Source: Octopus sinensis
Taxonomy: Eukaryota
DNA length: 64,000 nt
Direction of reading: 5' to 3'
NCBI RefSeq assembly: GCF_006345805.1
Contig: NC_043009.1
Location: 39,122,001-39,186,000 of the forward strand
The position numbers were made by a program, and so were the translations under genes. This document shows positions 14,465 through 27,907 of the stretch, piece by piece. The notes below the pieces were generated by a model. The model saw only the letters and a program-made list of their open reading frames with translations. It was not told the DNA's origin and searched no databases. The stretch's first letter is position 1. Every line of letters starts with the position of its first letter.

Positions 14465-15245
14465 GAAGATTGGCACAAGTTAGCTATTTTCGTGTCAAAG
14501 TGTTTGTCGACGATATTGGCCCCCCATGCTCAGCTGGTACTTATCTATACCGAACGGATGAAACACTGCTAAGCATTTGGTCTGACGTGTCTTATTACTA
14601 CTAATAATAATTACAAGAAGAATAAATAAACAAATAAATAGTTACTGTTACTACTGTGAATAAATTATTACTGTTTTATTATTATAATTATCATTAAGGT
14701 GGTGAACTGAACTGACTGGCAGAATCATTAGCAGCACGCCGGGTAAAAGTTTAGCGTCATTCTGCACGTATTTAAGTTCCGAGTTCAAATTCCGCCGAGG
14801 TCAACTTTGCCTTTTATTCTTCAGGGTCGATGAAATAAGCACCAGTTGCGCATTGGGGTCGATGTGATCAATTTCAGGCCATCATCCTTTTGTAGAAAGT
14901 ATTATTGTTGTGGTTGTTCTTGTCGTTGCTGCTGCTTCTAAGGAGGAGGTGGCAGAATTCTTAGCATGCTGGATAAAAAGCTTAGCGAGAATTTAGTCCG
15001 TCTTTACGTTCTGAGTACAAATTCGGCCTCGGTCGACTTTGCTTTTCGTCCTTCCTGGTCGATAAAATAAGTATCTGTCAATACCTGGGGTCGATGTAAT
15101 CGACTAATTCCCCCACCCCAATTTTCAGACTTTGTGCCAATAACAGAAATGATTATTATGATCGTTGTTACTGTTGTTTTTGTTGTTGTTATCATTGTTC
15201 AGGCAGCCAGCTGGCAAAATCGTTACCATGTTGGACAAATTGCGT
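14135..15245. mobile_element. Cluster of SINE family A copies (two on minus, then two plus a head fragment on plus)
   Basis: Core GGTCGACTTTGCCTTTCATCCTTTCGGGGTCGATAAAATAAGTACC-like and B-box-like GAGTTCAAATTCC motifs repeated; copies separated by (CTA)n/(TAA)n/(TTG)n. Confidence 0.75.
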
Positions 15246-15769
15246 AATGTTTAGGAATTGGGAACATCAAAGAGTCAAAGAATAGGCTAGAAACAAGATC
15301 TAGCTGATTGTGTTCGTGGAGCAAAATGCAAAGGTAGTGCAGATTCTTGGCAAACCGACCCCTAAACGTAAGGAGGACACTTAGCTCATGACTGCTGATG
15401 ATGCATGATATACTTTTGTTCATTTATGTCTAGGCGCAAATGTGGTTTTGGGGTAATCGAAGTGCAGTATTGGACAAAGTGGTTGAGAAACACTGCCTCC
15501 GTGTGCCTGAGCTTAGATAATTTTATCAATTCAAGAGTTTACGCGGGTATGGATCATACTATAAGATACCGAGTGGTAATATTTATCTCCACTGAAAAGT
15601 GGATGTTCTGTTAAAACAAACTATGCTGTGGTTGGTACTAAGGGAGAAACTCTCATATTGGCTGCCTTTACAAAATACAGTCTTGTTTATATCGTTAGCG
15701 GGGAGATAAATTTCTGTCACCCCCAGCACCGAGATCAGCAATTTACGTTGATTGTGACTTTTCTTGGTC

Positions 15770-16650
15770 TTGTCAATGATGTATGCTCAACCGCTAGAAA
15801 TGGCGGATTTTCGCTAATGTATACCGTGTACTCACCGCTCCTGTTCCTCATCGTACTGGACTGGATCCTCCAGGAAAGGTATTCAGTGGGCACTGATGAA
15901 CAAGCAGATGATCTCGCGCTACAGTCACATCGCCTGCAAGACATGCAAGATAAGGTATACCACCTAATAGAAACTTCACGGTGAGTGGGCTTGATGATCA
16001 GCCGGGAGAAGACAAAAGTGTTGCGTATCAACAAGCAGGAAGAGTCAATCACAATCGAGGGGGCACCTGTGGAGGACGTTAGTGAGTTTGTCTATCTTGG
16101 CAGCAAGATCAGCAAATCAGGTGAATCAGACGAGGACATCACGGCACGAAGCAAGAAGGCTTGGCAAGCCTTCGCTATTCTTCGGCTGGTATGGAAGTCC
16201 ACTGCCATCTCAACTCGAACTAATCTCCGCTTATTTAGTTCAAACGTAAAATCTGTGCTTTTGTATGGCTCTGAAACATGGGGAGCCACCTGCATCAACT
16301 ACAAGTAGACCCAGACCTTCATCAACAAATGTCTCCGGCAGATCCTCCATCTGAAGCGGTTCGACAGAGTGCCAAACACCGACCTGTGGGAAAGGGTCAT
16401 CCGGGAGCCCATACATGTTCAGATTAGACGAAAGAAATGGAGATGGATCGGACACACACTTCGAAAAAAACCATCAAATGTTACACGACAGGGGAAAAGG
16501 AAGAAAGGACGCCCGAAGTAGACAAGGAAGCGGAGCATTTTGGACGAGCTCAGGACCACTGGCCTGACATGGGAAGCAGCCAAGAAACACGCCAATGACG
16601 GCAAAAAGTGGAAAACAACTGTTGAGGCCAAAAAGGATTAAGAAGAAGAT
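15770..16650 (+). mobile_element. RTE-clade LINE 3' fragment (RT C-terminal half, pseudogene)
   Basis: Frames give SPLLFLIVLDWI, QADDLAL (catalytic YADD position), GLMISREKTKVL, EFVYLGS, SVLLYGSETW, RWIGHTLRK and GKRKKGRP, the usual motif order of RTE ORF C-termini; broken by stops and frameshifts. Confidence 0.9.
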
Positions 16651-17736
16651 ATAACATACGTATATACAAACTTCTGAACGTCTGCTAGAATTTCAATTTC
16701 TAAACTCGGCAAGATCTCACTAATTTACGACTGGGGAGAGGGTGGTGGTCTTATTTAACTCGATAGTGTAGGATAGTGTTGCCGAAGGAACAAATTAAAT
16801 CTGAATTTGCTTTACTCTGAAATTTTTTAAATTTTGAGGGTATTTTTAATAAATTAAATAGGATAGCGAAGAAATTGTAATTGTTTTAGAATGTTGATGA
16901 TCATGTGTTACAGTCAACAATACCTATACAAAATAGCCAGAAGGTCAACTTATAATATTGCTTAATCTTAAATACAGAAGCTTACACTTAAGTAGAGTAC
17001 CCTGGATACTAATACTTCAGTATAAGTGTGTAGAAAAATAGAGGAATACTAGTGTGTATGTGAGCTGTAACTATCTTTCTATGTGTGTCTGTGTGTATTT
17101 TATTAAGTTGATTATTTAATTGAGAGATGTTTAATAAAAATTAGAGTTGTTTTTATTTATTTTTATTTTTGTTTTTTTTCTTACCCCCACAACGTCTATA
17201 ACTATCCAGCTATTTGTATACGCATGTACTGTTCTACACATTTATTCAATCTGTCAGTAAATATAAACACTCTTTAGCTGCTGGCGGCATTAGAAATGCA
17301 TACGATACATTGACTGTTTCGAATGTGCTTGATTTTCTGTGAGGAGAAGAGCGCATCAGTTGTTATTCTAATTGTCATGGAGCAAAACCACTTCAAAATC
17401 CTTCAGGAAATGTTAGTATTGTTTTGAAGTGGACAACAGAATTATCTCTGGTAAAAGCATGTAAGTCACGTAGCAAATATAACATTATATAATGTTTCAT
17501 TCTGAAGAATATTTCTCTTCATTTTTCTGCCATGTTTTATATTTTTCTCTTTTTCTATATAGCTCTTCTATTTATTTTTCCATTCTCTCTAAAACTGATG
17601 CTTCTCCTTAACATATCAATATACTCTCTCATTCTTTGCATAAACACACACATATGCACACACATCTATACATATATACATATATATATAGTTATATATA
17701 ACTTATATATATATATATATAATATATATATATATA

Positions 17737-17815
<79 letters not shown>

Positions 17816-17923
17816 ATATACGTACCTATGTATGTATGTATCTACCTATCATCTACCTATCTATCTACCATCAATCAATCTCTCTATCTATTTTTCTGTC
17901 TACATATATGTATATATTATGCG

Positions 17924-17966
<43 letters not shown>

Positions 17967-18449
17967 TTGTGTACTTGTGTATGTACGTCTATTCGTCTAT
18001 GTGTTCGCGTGCAGTGTGTGTGTATTTGGATATAAATCATCATCAATACGGCGGATTCATAATGATATCTTATAATCACAGAAAGGGAAGTTTTGAAATG
18101 TATTTATAAAGCCGTTTCTATAAGAATGTCATTCATCGTTGAATAATTCTTGTTTCTGATATGTCTCCTTCACGAAGAATGTTTTAAACCAAGAATAAAC
18201 ATAATGATCAGACGTTGACAAATAATTCATGGATATTTAAATACTCAGCGTAGACAGGACATAGAACTCCAGTAATTAAACATGCATAGTTTTGTTCAGT
18301 GTTGCAATATAATCCGCTGCACATGATACTAACACGCATCGTAAAATTTTGTATGCGTATTGAGAACTAGTATATAATGTACAAAGGTACTTACATATCC
18401 ACATGTGTGTGTGTATATGCATGTATGTATATCTGTGTGTGTTTGCATC

Positions 18450-18491
<42 letters not shown>

Positions 18492-19600
18492 ATGTAAGGT
18501 CTTTTTCTTTTTCTTTCTTTTGTTATCTTACCGTTTTTACCAATATATATATATATATATATAGGCGTACACATTTGTATGTATATATGTATATGTTCAT
18601 GTATAAATATTAACTTATGTATATACTTATATAAAAAAAATCGGGTGAATTGATCAAGTGTTTTATAAACGTGCATAATTCTACATCATAAAAGTAATAT
18701 TCTGGCAGTCAAAGAGCTTCAAAAGAACTCCAGGATTATCTTTATGAACAAATTGATTATGGTAGTCTTCGTGATGTTTGGGTCATCTTAATATCTAGGA
18801 TTACGCTCTTCGTTGATTTTTTTCTGTGGAATGTCTGTATGCTTAAAGCAATGTTTATTAAGACTATGACCAACTAAAATCTTGTATCTGATTTTGCGAT
18901 AAATAGCAGATACATAGCAGTCAAATCTCTCTTAAATTAATGCCGAGAGATATGAAACTGGAAGGTCGCTGTATAATGTAGTTCTAAGTATACGCAATAT
19001 CTAAAGAAAGGATCAGGTTTTCACGGCTGGAACGCTTTTGATCGTATATATGCTGGTTTGAGGATTTTCAAACACTATGCATTCGTTTCCACTGTCATAA
19101 ACTTGTGGAGGATTCCATATTATTCTCTGAATATATTTGGAAGTCAAACGATAAATAAAAGATAACTAGATGCCACATGCAATACTGCAAAGAAAAGCGA
19201 TATGATTTGGATGAATGTGCTGTCACCAGGTTTTGTGGAGAAATAAAATATTATTTGGACCCACTCTGATCCTAAATTAAATATATGAACGTATTTAAAA
19301 GTTTCCTTACACGTCTTAATCTCTATTCGCGTGCTTAAAGATATACTTCTCTAAATAATTGGTTACTGATTCAGAGACAATGTGAGTTCCTTAAGTCATG
19401 GCTATTCCAAATTCTATCATTCCGCCATTATCAGTCACATATTTGGAATTGCTGGAAGAAAATTCTATCAAGTTTATTATGAAAATGAAGGGGTAAACCC
19501 GGGTAAAAAATCAAGTGGATAAACGGGTGAATAACTCTGAGGCAGATAATTCGCTGTTTTATACAAACAGTGAGTGAGAGAAAGAGAGAAAGAGAGAATG

Positions 19601-19652
<52 letters not shown>

Positions 19653-20004
19653 TTGAAGAAAAAGCATTTGAGGCCCTGATGTTGCAGTGGGTTGGCAACG
19701 GAGTATTTGTTATTCATTTACCCAACCGATTTTTGACTTCTCTCTGCGAGGTTTGTGTATGCAGCATAAGCACTTATACCGAAGAACATGACTGAAACTC
19801 ACACTTAAACTTTGGAAAGAGTTAGCAGACACTTAGCGATGAGGGATTGCTTTCGATGCGATGTTATACTATTCTTTATACTTCTTTCAGTCAGTTGATT
19901 ACAGCCATGTTGTAGCACCAACTTCAGGGGTATTAGTCGAACAAATCGAAGCCAGGACTTACTTCTTCGTAAACCCAGTACCCATTCTATTGATCCCTTA
20001 ACCG

Positions 20005-20228
20005 AACCTTCGAATGACGCTGGCTAAGCGAGCAGGCCGACAGAAGAAAGAGTGGGAGAAAGAGTGGTGAAAGAGTACAGCAGGGATCACCACCCCCTGC
20101 CGGAGCCTCGTGGAACTTTTAGGTGTTTTCGCTCAATAAACACTCACAACGCCCGGTCTGGGAATCGAAACCGCGATCCTGCGACCGCGAGTCCGCTACC
20201 ATAACCACTAGGCCATTGCGCCTTCACA
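20005..20228 (-). mobile_element. tRNA-derived SINE family B, joined to a family C 3' fragment at ~19870-20005
   Basis: Near-identical to 4098-4326, including the A/B-box head. Confidence 0.85.
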
Positions 20229-20231
20229 CAC

Positions 20232-20348
<117 letters not shown>

Positions 20349-20381
20349 TATAATATATATAGATAATATAATATATAGAGA

Positions 20382-20412
<31 letters not shown>

Positions 20413-20438
20413 GATATATATATAATATATATATATAT

Positions 20439-20477
<39 letters not shown>

Positions 20478-20491
20478 TATATATATATATA

Positions 20492-20527
<36 letters not shown>

Positions 20528-20984
20528 GCTATATATATATATATATACATATATATAGTATATCTATATATATATATATTATATATTATTTATATATCAT
20601 TATTTGACTGAACGCCACGCATCCATTTCCAACTAAGTTTCTCTTAATCATTTGTATGCGAATCTTATCTACACTATTTTCTCCCCTATCGTTTTCTCTC
20701 TCATCCTTTCTCTAATTCCCTTTTTCTCCCCTTCACCATTTTCTATTTGTCTCAAATTTTATTTTGGTACTCATGGGAGCAACTGTCTTCGAAAACTCAT
20801 ATTATCCTTCAATGCTCGAAATGAGGAGTAGACCGCCAGCCGACAACTGATGAAGGATCGTTCTTTATGCTACTTGTCCTGTTATCCATTTGTTTCTGTC
20901 GTCGTTTGTGTATTGAACAGATTTGTTTTCATATTTCCATTTGTTTACTGTTGGTGACGTCTGGAAGCTTGTATGCATATGTAT

Positions 20985-21021
<37 letters not shown>

Positions 21022-21167
21022 TTATTCTAGACAAAACCACTATTTTGCAAAACAAACAAGGAAGACTAATAATACATAAATTTTATAAATAGTCAAAATA
21101 TATATATTGACTAATATATATATATATATATATAATTATATATATACATATATATATTATAATATAC

Positions 21168-21201
<34 letters not shown>

Positions 21202-21319
21202 ATTCATAAATGAGGGTGAAAATTAGATATTAATTTAATAATACTGTCAGTTTACACCAGGAAGACAGTACAATTTATACGTAACCACTTACCGTTAACT
21301 CTGTTATATTTACGTATAC

Positions 21320-21386
<67 letters not shown>

Positions 21387-21436
21387 TGTATACATGTATA
21401 TATACATATATCTATATGTATATACATACATACAAA

Positions 21437-21815
21437 GGCACATGCCTCAATGGTTAGAACGTTGAGCTTACGATTGTGAGGTGTGAGTTCGAATCCCGGA
21501 CCGGGCTGCGTGTTGTGTTCTTGAGGAAGACACTTCATTTCCTGTTGCTCCAGTTCACTCAGCTGTTGAAATGAGCTACGGCGTCACAGGTACCAAGCTG
21601 TATCAGTCTTTGCTTTTCCCTTGGGTAACATTGGTGGCGTGGAGAGGGTAAGCAGTGGATGGTGGCGATCCCTGCTTTACTTTTTCTCCCCAACTTTCTA
21701 TCACTTTCTTCTGTTGGCCTGCTCGCTTAGCCAGCGGTGTGGCGTCATTTGTAGGTTAAAACAATGCGAAGCGCATTGTGACCAGCGATGCGTAGCAACA
21801 TCTGATAGCCTGGTC
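21437..21815 (+). mobile_element. tRNA-derived SINE, family B-related, with a CORE-like central segment
   Basis: Head with TGCCTCAATGG (A box) and GAGTTCGAATCCC (B box). Central gttgctccagttcactcagctgttgaaatgag resembles invertebrate CORE-type domains (from recall). The 3' ~150 bp match the family B tail at 4041-4200 in reverse complement. Confidence 0.75.
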
Positions 21816-23583
21816 AGTCACGGTGATCCCGGTGATATATATATACATAGCTTCCCAACATTTCCTGTCTACAAAATTAACTCAGAAGGCTTTGGTCGGA
21901 ACTATATTAGAAGTCACTTGACCCAAAGTGCAGTACATAGGGACTAAACTCGGACTTACATAGTTGCAAAGGATTTTTTTTATATATATGAAGTATAATA
22001 AAATTCCTTCTTTTAAACAATAACTGTTCATTTGTACATTCGGGAAAAGTTTGTTCCTTATTCTCATTCTAAAATTGCGAAAATGTTTGAAAGTAGATAC
22101 GAATTGCAATATACATATATTTTCAAAATATGAGTACTCTTTCTGTCGGTCTTGAGAGCGTAACTCTAATAAATTGACTTTTCGTTATAAATTTATATTC
22201 ACATATTCTGGTTTGGTAGTGATGGCCTACATTTTCGTTTCTCTCAGTGTACATTAAAAAATATGTTATCTGGACTTTTCTCACAATTATTTAAACGACA
22301 AAAACAATTTTTATTAAATGTCCCTAAATATTAAATTTTAATGTGTAAATACCAAGAAAATTAAATCGCAACATTATAAAACTACAAATATGAAAGACAT
22401 AAAAAGATTTAATCATAGTAAAATATGGCAGCATGTCCTCATCCAATGATTTTGTTAATTTCTTATACAAATTCAATGTCGTGATGAGAAAATTGCTCCC
22501 CTCTCTCTCTCTCTATTCCTTTATATGGTTTTTTTTACCCTCTTTCTTCTTATATCTACACATGTTTCTCTTAAATATGTTGCTTCTCTGTCTCCTCTTT
22601 CCATACTTGCTATCTACCTCTTTCTGTTTACATACACAGATACACAGACACAAACAGACAGACACAAACAGACAGACACAAACACACGTACTCACACACA
22701 CACGAGAACACCCACACGTATATATATATATATTATATATATATATATTATATTATATGTATATACACGCACGCACAGTTATTCACAACCTATTTCGTAG
22801 TCATACGCTCTAATCGTAATGCATTGTTCAAATATTTTCGTTCTGTATTGCTGTCGTCCGTATCGTTAATATGTTTTACAAGAATGGAGATTGGAACAAG
22901 TGTGTGTATTATTTCTGCTGGTGCTAATATTGCTGCCGGTAAAAGTAGTTCATATTTTCATGGCTAACTGCTATACACAGTCTTCAGAGACACTGCTGTT
23001 ATGAGATTTAGAACGAACGTTAATGTCTAAAACACGTTTTACCTACAACAGACGACACTTTCTCTCTTTCTCCTATCTTTCTCTATCTATCTCTCTTTCT
23101 TTCTCTCTGTATGCTGATTATACTGATATGCTGTTAACACCATTATCGTTTTATTTTTTTTTCGGCAGTCGCCATTACGGAAAGCAGACTGTTATCATAG
23201 TTTCGGATAATAGCAGAAAAAAATGGGCTCATTAAAATTTTAACTACTTACAAGACACAAGGAAATACTTTTGTAATCATACTTATACCAGTTATACTTC
23301 ATCTAATAGCTAGTATATTTGTCGCAGGTATACTTATTCTAATAACTAGCATACTTGTTGTTGGTATACCTGTTCTAATAACTAGTAATTCTAACATTCC
23401 TATTTCTTATTACTGCTAAAATCTCAACAGAACAGATTTATTTAATATATATCAGAGTTATAAAAACCATTCCTCGAATTGATGATCAAATTTATGAGTG
23501 AAAAGTGCTTCGGAGACTGTTTCCGAAGTCTGCTTTTCTGATTTCTGTTGCCTTTAGTCTTACGAGAAATATTTGTTTTGGGT

Positions 23584-23615
<32 letters not shown>

Positions 23616-23965
23616 TGTATGTATGTATGTATGTATGTATGTATGTATGTATCTATGTATGTATGTGTCTGTGTGCCCTTGTCTAGACAACAAGTGATGG
23701 TCGTAAATGAGCATCATTGTCATACAAGTGATGTTGCTAGTTTCCAGTCCTCTGTGAAACATATATCTGATCATGGGGAAACTGGGCAACTAATACCTTG
23801 TTTGGAAATAGGTAGGGGTTGGTGATAGAAAGGGCATCCAAAAAGCAGCGCCAGCGTTGTGAACATTCTCGATTACACATACTCAAAGTATGTGTTTCTT
23901 TGTTCGCTGGTTCCCTCATAACACGGGATATTAAAACACGTTGAATTCATAGACAGTCAACATCG

Positions 23966-24057
<92 letters not shown>

Positions 24058-25283
24058 TTATCTATCTATACATACATACATACATACATGCATACTTCAA
24101 ATATATGTATATATATACATACTTCAAATATGTTTAATCACATCTGTAACAACTGGTTGATGTTCGCCATTGGAAAGAAAAGATTGGATTTAGTTTCACA
24201 GACAAATGATTTGATCTGAGATCATATGTTGAAACTCAACTTTAATTAATCATTTATTATATGATGCTAAAATTATTTTGACGCTACTAGTGACCTGGAC
24301 ACTGACGGAGTTTCACTATAATACTTCCTAAAATATGTCAGAACTACATAAAATTATTCCGGTCATCTGCAAATGCGAGCCCTGTGAGTCAGAGGAGTTG
24401 TTCCCAGCGATTCTCCCTTAACATTTTCTGGGCAAAACCTATTTCATTTTGTCTGCAGGGACTATGAAGACGGTCTTAATTACAGGAAATGGAAAGAATG
24501 TAAGAATTTCGTAATTAATTAGATGAACAATAAACATATACAATCCATCACATTTCAATGTATCACTATTTCCATCAAAATAATATTATTCATACTCGCC
24601 ATGTAAAAGAAAAAGAAAAAAGTTAATAAGCAAATTGTCTGGAAAAATTGATATATAATTTATTTGTTTTCACCACTTCTTTAACCCACATATATTTGAC
24701 GAGTTAAACAACTATTTTCTTATCTGAGAAACATATTATAGCATTAAAATTGCTACCAATATCACTACCCAACATTCATCTGTGGCCCATTAACGGGCAA
24801 TTAATAAAGTTACTTGATCACAGCTCATTCAGGCTTTCACTGTAAACGCCCTTTATACTCTCACTGTAACATAACAAGTATGTATGTGTGTTTGAGAATA
24901 TACATGTATATATATATATATATATATAATATAATATATATATATATTATATATTGTAAATAGAACTATAAGCCTCACCGTATATTGATTATAAAAAGTG
25001 GTCTAACACCAGGGCATATAAACACCGATTAACGGGCGTACTAATGCCTATTTTTTTCCGTTACAGAGTTTATATGCCCTAATATTAAATTATTTTCTAT
25101 AGCCAATATGCAGTGATGGATTATTTCTATTTACAAATTTTCACTCGCCGCCATTTCTTATTTCACGCAGAATATATATATATATATTTACAACAATTGA
25201 GGGTAAAATTAATTAATTATTAATCAATTTCACCAAGTATTCAGTATGTAAAGGGACCATTTAAGGCGAATTCAAAATATTAC

Positions 25284-25672
25284 ATTATATAAAAGGGCTT
25301 AGTAAAATAAATTACTTTGCCACATACTGAACTCATTAGAAATAGCAGCTAAAAAAAAAAAAAAAAAAAAAAAATTTTTTAGCTATTTCTAATACTTAAA
25401 GAAAATCTCTCTCAGATAGTGTTTGCTCAACCAACTCACGGAAGTATGGGGGTAAAAACATTAAAAAACTCACTTTGCACTTGTGAGTTTTTTTAATGTT
25501 TTTACCCCCATACTTCCGTGAGTTGGTTTGAGCAAACACTATCTGAGAGAGATTTTCTTTAAGTATTAGAAATAGCTAAAAAATTTTTTTTTTTTTTTTT
25601 TTTTTAGCTGCTATTTCTAATGAGTTCAGTATGTGGCAAAGTAATTTATTTTACTAAGCCCTTTTATATAAT
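25284..25672. repeat. ~390-bp near-perfect palindrome (arms ~190 bp, 9-nt spacer)
   Basis: 25284-25473 is the reverse complement of 25483-25672. The differences I can see are length changes in homopolymer runs. Confidence 0.95.
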
Positions 25673-25778
25673 ATATATATATTTATATATTATATTATTT
25701 GTATATGACGGATATTTGTCCTCATCTTGTTTGTTGTTAACACGTTTTGGCTCATGTATGTATATATATACATGTCCG

Positions 25779-25855
25779 TGCATATGACGTAGTGGTTAAG
25801 AGCGGGGGGCTACTAATCCCAAGATTCCGAGTTCAATTCCAGGCAGTGACCTGAA

Positions 25856-25905
<50 letters not shown>

Positions 25906-25907
25906 AC

Positions 25908-25940
<33 letters not shown>

Positions 25941-26110
25941 TAACATCGAAAAGTAGCTTAGAAATGAGAACCCAGGTTCGAAATGACCCCAAGACACCTA
26001 ATGAAGGCTGGAGGGTATATATCAGCCGGAACGTTGTGTAAGCAACACACAAGATGAGGATAAATATTCATCAAATGTAAATAATGTACGTAATTCCTCA
26101 TCTCTAAATG
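25779..26110 (+). mobile_element. Short element: tRNA-like head + (CTA)n(TAA)n + decayed minimal hammerhead-like tail
   Basis: TGACGTAGTGG (A box) and GAGTTCAATTCC (B box) at ~25795-25842; ACAC-CTaATGA-A-GGCTG..CAGCC-GgAAC-GTT-GTGT at 25994-26039. Confidence 0.6.
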
Positions 26111-26125
26111 CAGAACTATATATAT

Positions 26126-26162
<37 letters not shown>

Positions 26163-26566
26163 TATTACAGGGAGTGAGAGAGAGAGACTAACAATGCAAG
26201 TCATATCAATTATCTTGAGACTAGACACGTTTCGGTCACTCTTGGTCTCTTGCACCTCAAACGAAACTTCAGTCAATTTGAATAGTTGGCTGCCTTGCTT
26301 TGAAGATAACAGTACTGTTTATCACACGTCAATTCACAGCCCATCATAAATTCACTTAACCGTTAATTTCAAAATACGAATTGAATATGGCCATTTAACT
26401 ACATCCCTTTATGATAAGTACAAATTGATTTGGTTGCTTTTGAAATCATGTTGTTTGATTGGTCACCAAGTTTAATACCTCCATCCTATTTGTTTCATAC
26501 TCTTTGGTTCTGAATATATCTTCCCTCATAGATTCATCATATTTCAATGAAACATTTCGCAGAGTA

Positions 26567-26868
26567 TCACCTGATGAAATGGAGTAGTTACGTAACGCTG
26601 TGAATATGTGTGGTTTTAACTGATATATAACAGTTTCGTATTTGAGAATACCCTACACTCTGCACATGATTCATCATGTGCAGAGTTGTTTTGAATAATC
26701 TATTCACTTTTGAATAATCTATTCACCTGATGAAATGGAGTAGTTACGTAACGCTGTGAATATGTGTGGTTTTAACTGATATATAACAGTTTCGTATTTG
26801 AGAATACCCTATACTCTGCACATGATTCATCATGTGCAGAGTTGTTTTGAATAATCTATTCACTTTTG
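26567..26868. repeat. Tandem duplication, 146-bp unit, period 156 bp
   Basis: 26567-26712 and 26723-26868 are identical except one C/T change; each contains a 13-bp perfect hairpin. Confidence 0.95.
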
Positions 26869-26889
26869 TTTACAATATGCATACATGTT

Positions 26890-27180
26890 GTTTGTTCCTT
26901 CTCAAGCCATGCCTGGCTCATAAGGCCGGTTTCCCGGTTTCCTTGGCGTATAGGCCCCCCCACGTTGGTTAGTCGCAGGTGAGCTGCAAGATGCAGGAGG
27001 CACTAGCGAGAGAAACTTGTGGCGAAAGAGTCAGCAGAGGTTCGCCATTACCTTCTGCAATAGCCGCGTGCAGTTTAGGTGTTTCACTCATAAACACACA
27101 CATCGCCCGGTCTCAGATTCGAACCCGCGATCCCTCGACCGCGTGTCCGCTTCTCTAACCACTAGGCCATGTGCCTCCAC
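26890..27180 (-). mobile_element. tRNA-derived SINE (family B head with a different 3' region)
   Basis: Minus strand begins GTGGAGGCACATGGCCTAGTGG...GGGTTCGAATCTGAGACCGGGCGA, the same head as 4326 and 20228. Confidence 0.75.
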
Positions 27181-27429
27181 AATATATATATACATATGTC
27201 TTGCATATTAGAAAACAAAGAAATATTTTATCCATCGTTAATTACCAGTTACAACTGTCTCTGTACCAACTCTCTACCTTGGTGAAACTAGGATTTGCTA
27301 CACGTAAAAAATGTCGGTAATAGTCTGGATCTAACTTTGGTTATAGCCCAGAACTCGGGTTGAGTGGTACATTGGGAATACCCTAACTTCCACCATACCA
27401 GGATATTATATTATATATATATTATATAT

Positions 27430-27478
<49 letters not shown>

Positions 27479-27907
27479 GAAATTACACAAACACGCACAT
27501 ACACACACCACACACATACACATATATCAGGGGTGCCATCGGTTATGAATGATTGCATCTAGAAAGTTACCCTCCTACTACTTAGTCTAACCAAAAATTC
27601 CGGGAGCAGGGATAGAAATAGAGATGAAATGGACTAAGAGTGAGAGGGGAGAGTGATAGAGTAAAGGCGGATTTTCATATATATATATATATATATATAT
27701 ATTAGTGAAATAGAAAGATGAATAATCTTGTAGTAGATTAATCAAAAGTTTAACCGATACCTTGTAGCAAAATCACAGCAGTACAGCACGGTTGGAGGTA
27801 CAACCATATGGTGTTGCAACCGTGCGTTGGTGGCGGATAATGAAATTAAAATATTATTGGTGAATTGAAGAAATGGAGCTGAACGCAGATTGAACAGAAA
27901 TCGTTTT

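Noticed and set aside
17278-17342. Possible terminal exon AGGIRNAYDTLTVSNVLDFL*
   Set aside because: Weak polypyrimidine tract, unrecognised peptide, no partner exons.
20780-20900. CTGATGA box in a PLE-like repeat
   Set aside because: No downstream GAAA or stem III at a workable position, so I cannot fold a hammerhead.
25100-25152. CCAAT and YY1-like GCCGCCATTT motifs
   Set aside because: Short motifs without a gene or CpG-island context; the minus-strand ATG frame closes after six codons.
25779-25856. tRNA gene call for this and other A/B-box sequences (4326, 20228, 21437, 27180)
   Set aside because: No complete cloverleaf or acceptor stem; each is attached to a SINE-type body.
26215-26280. 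Minus-strand GAAAC-GT-GTC hammerhead-like half
   Set aside because: No convincing CUGANGA box or stem I; too degenerate to call.
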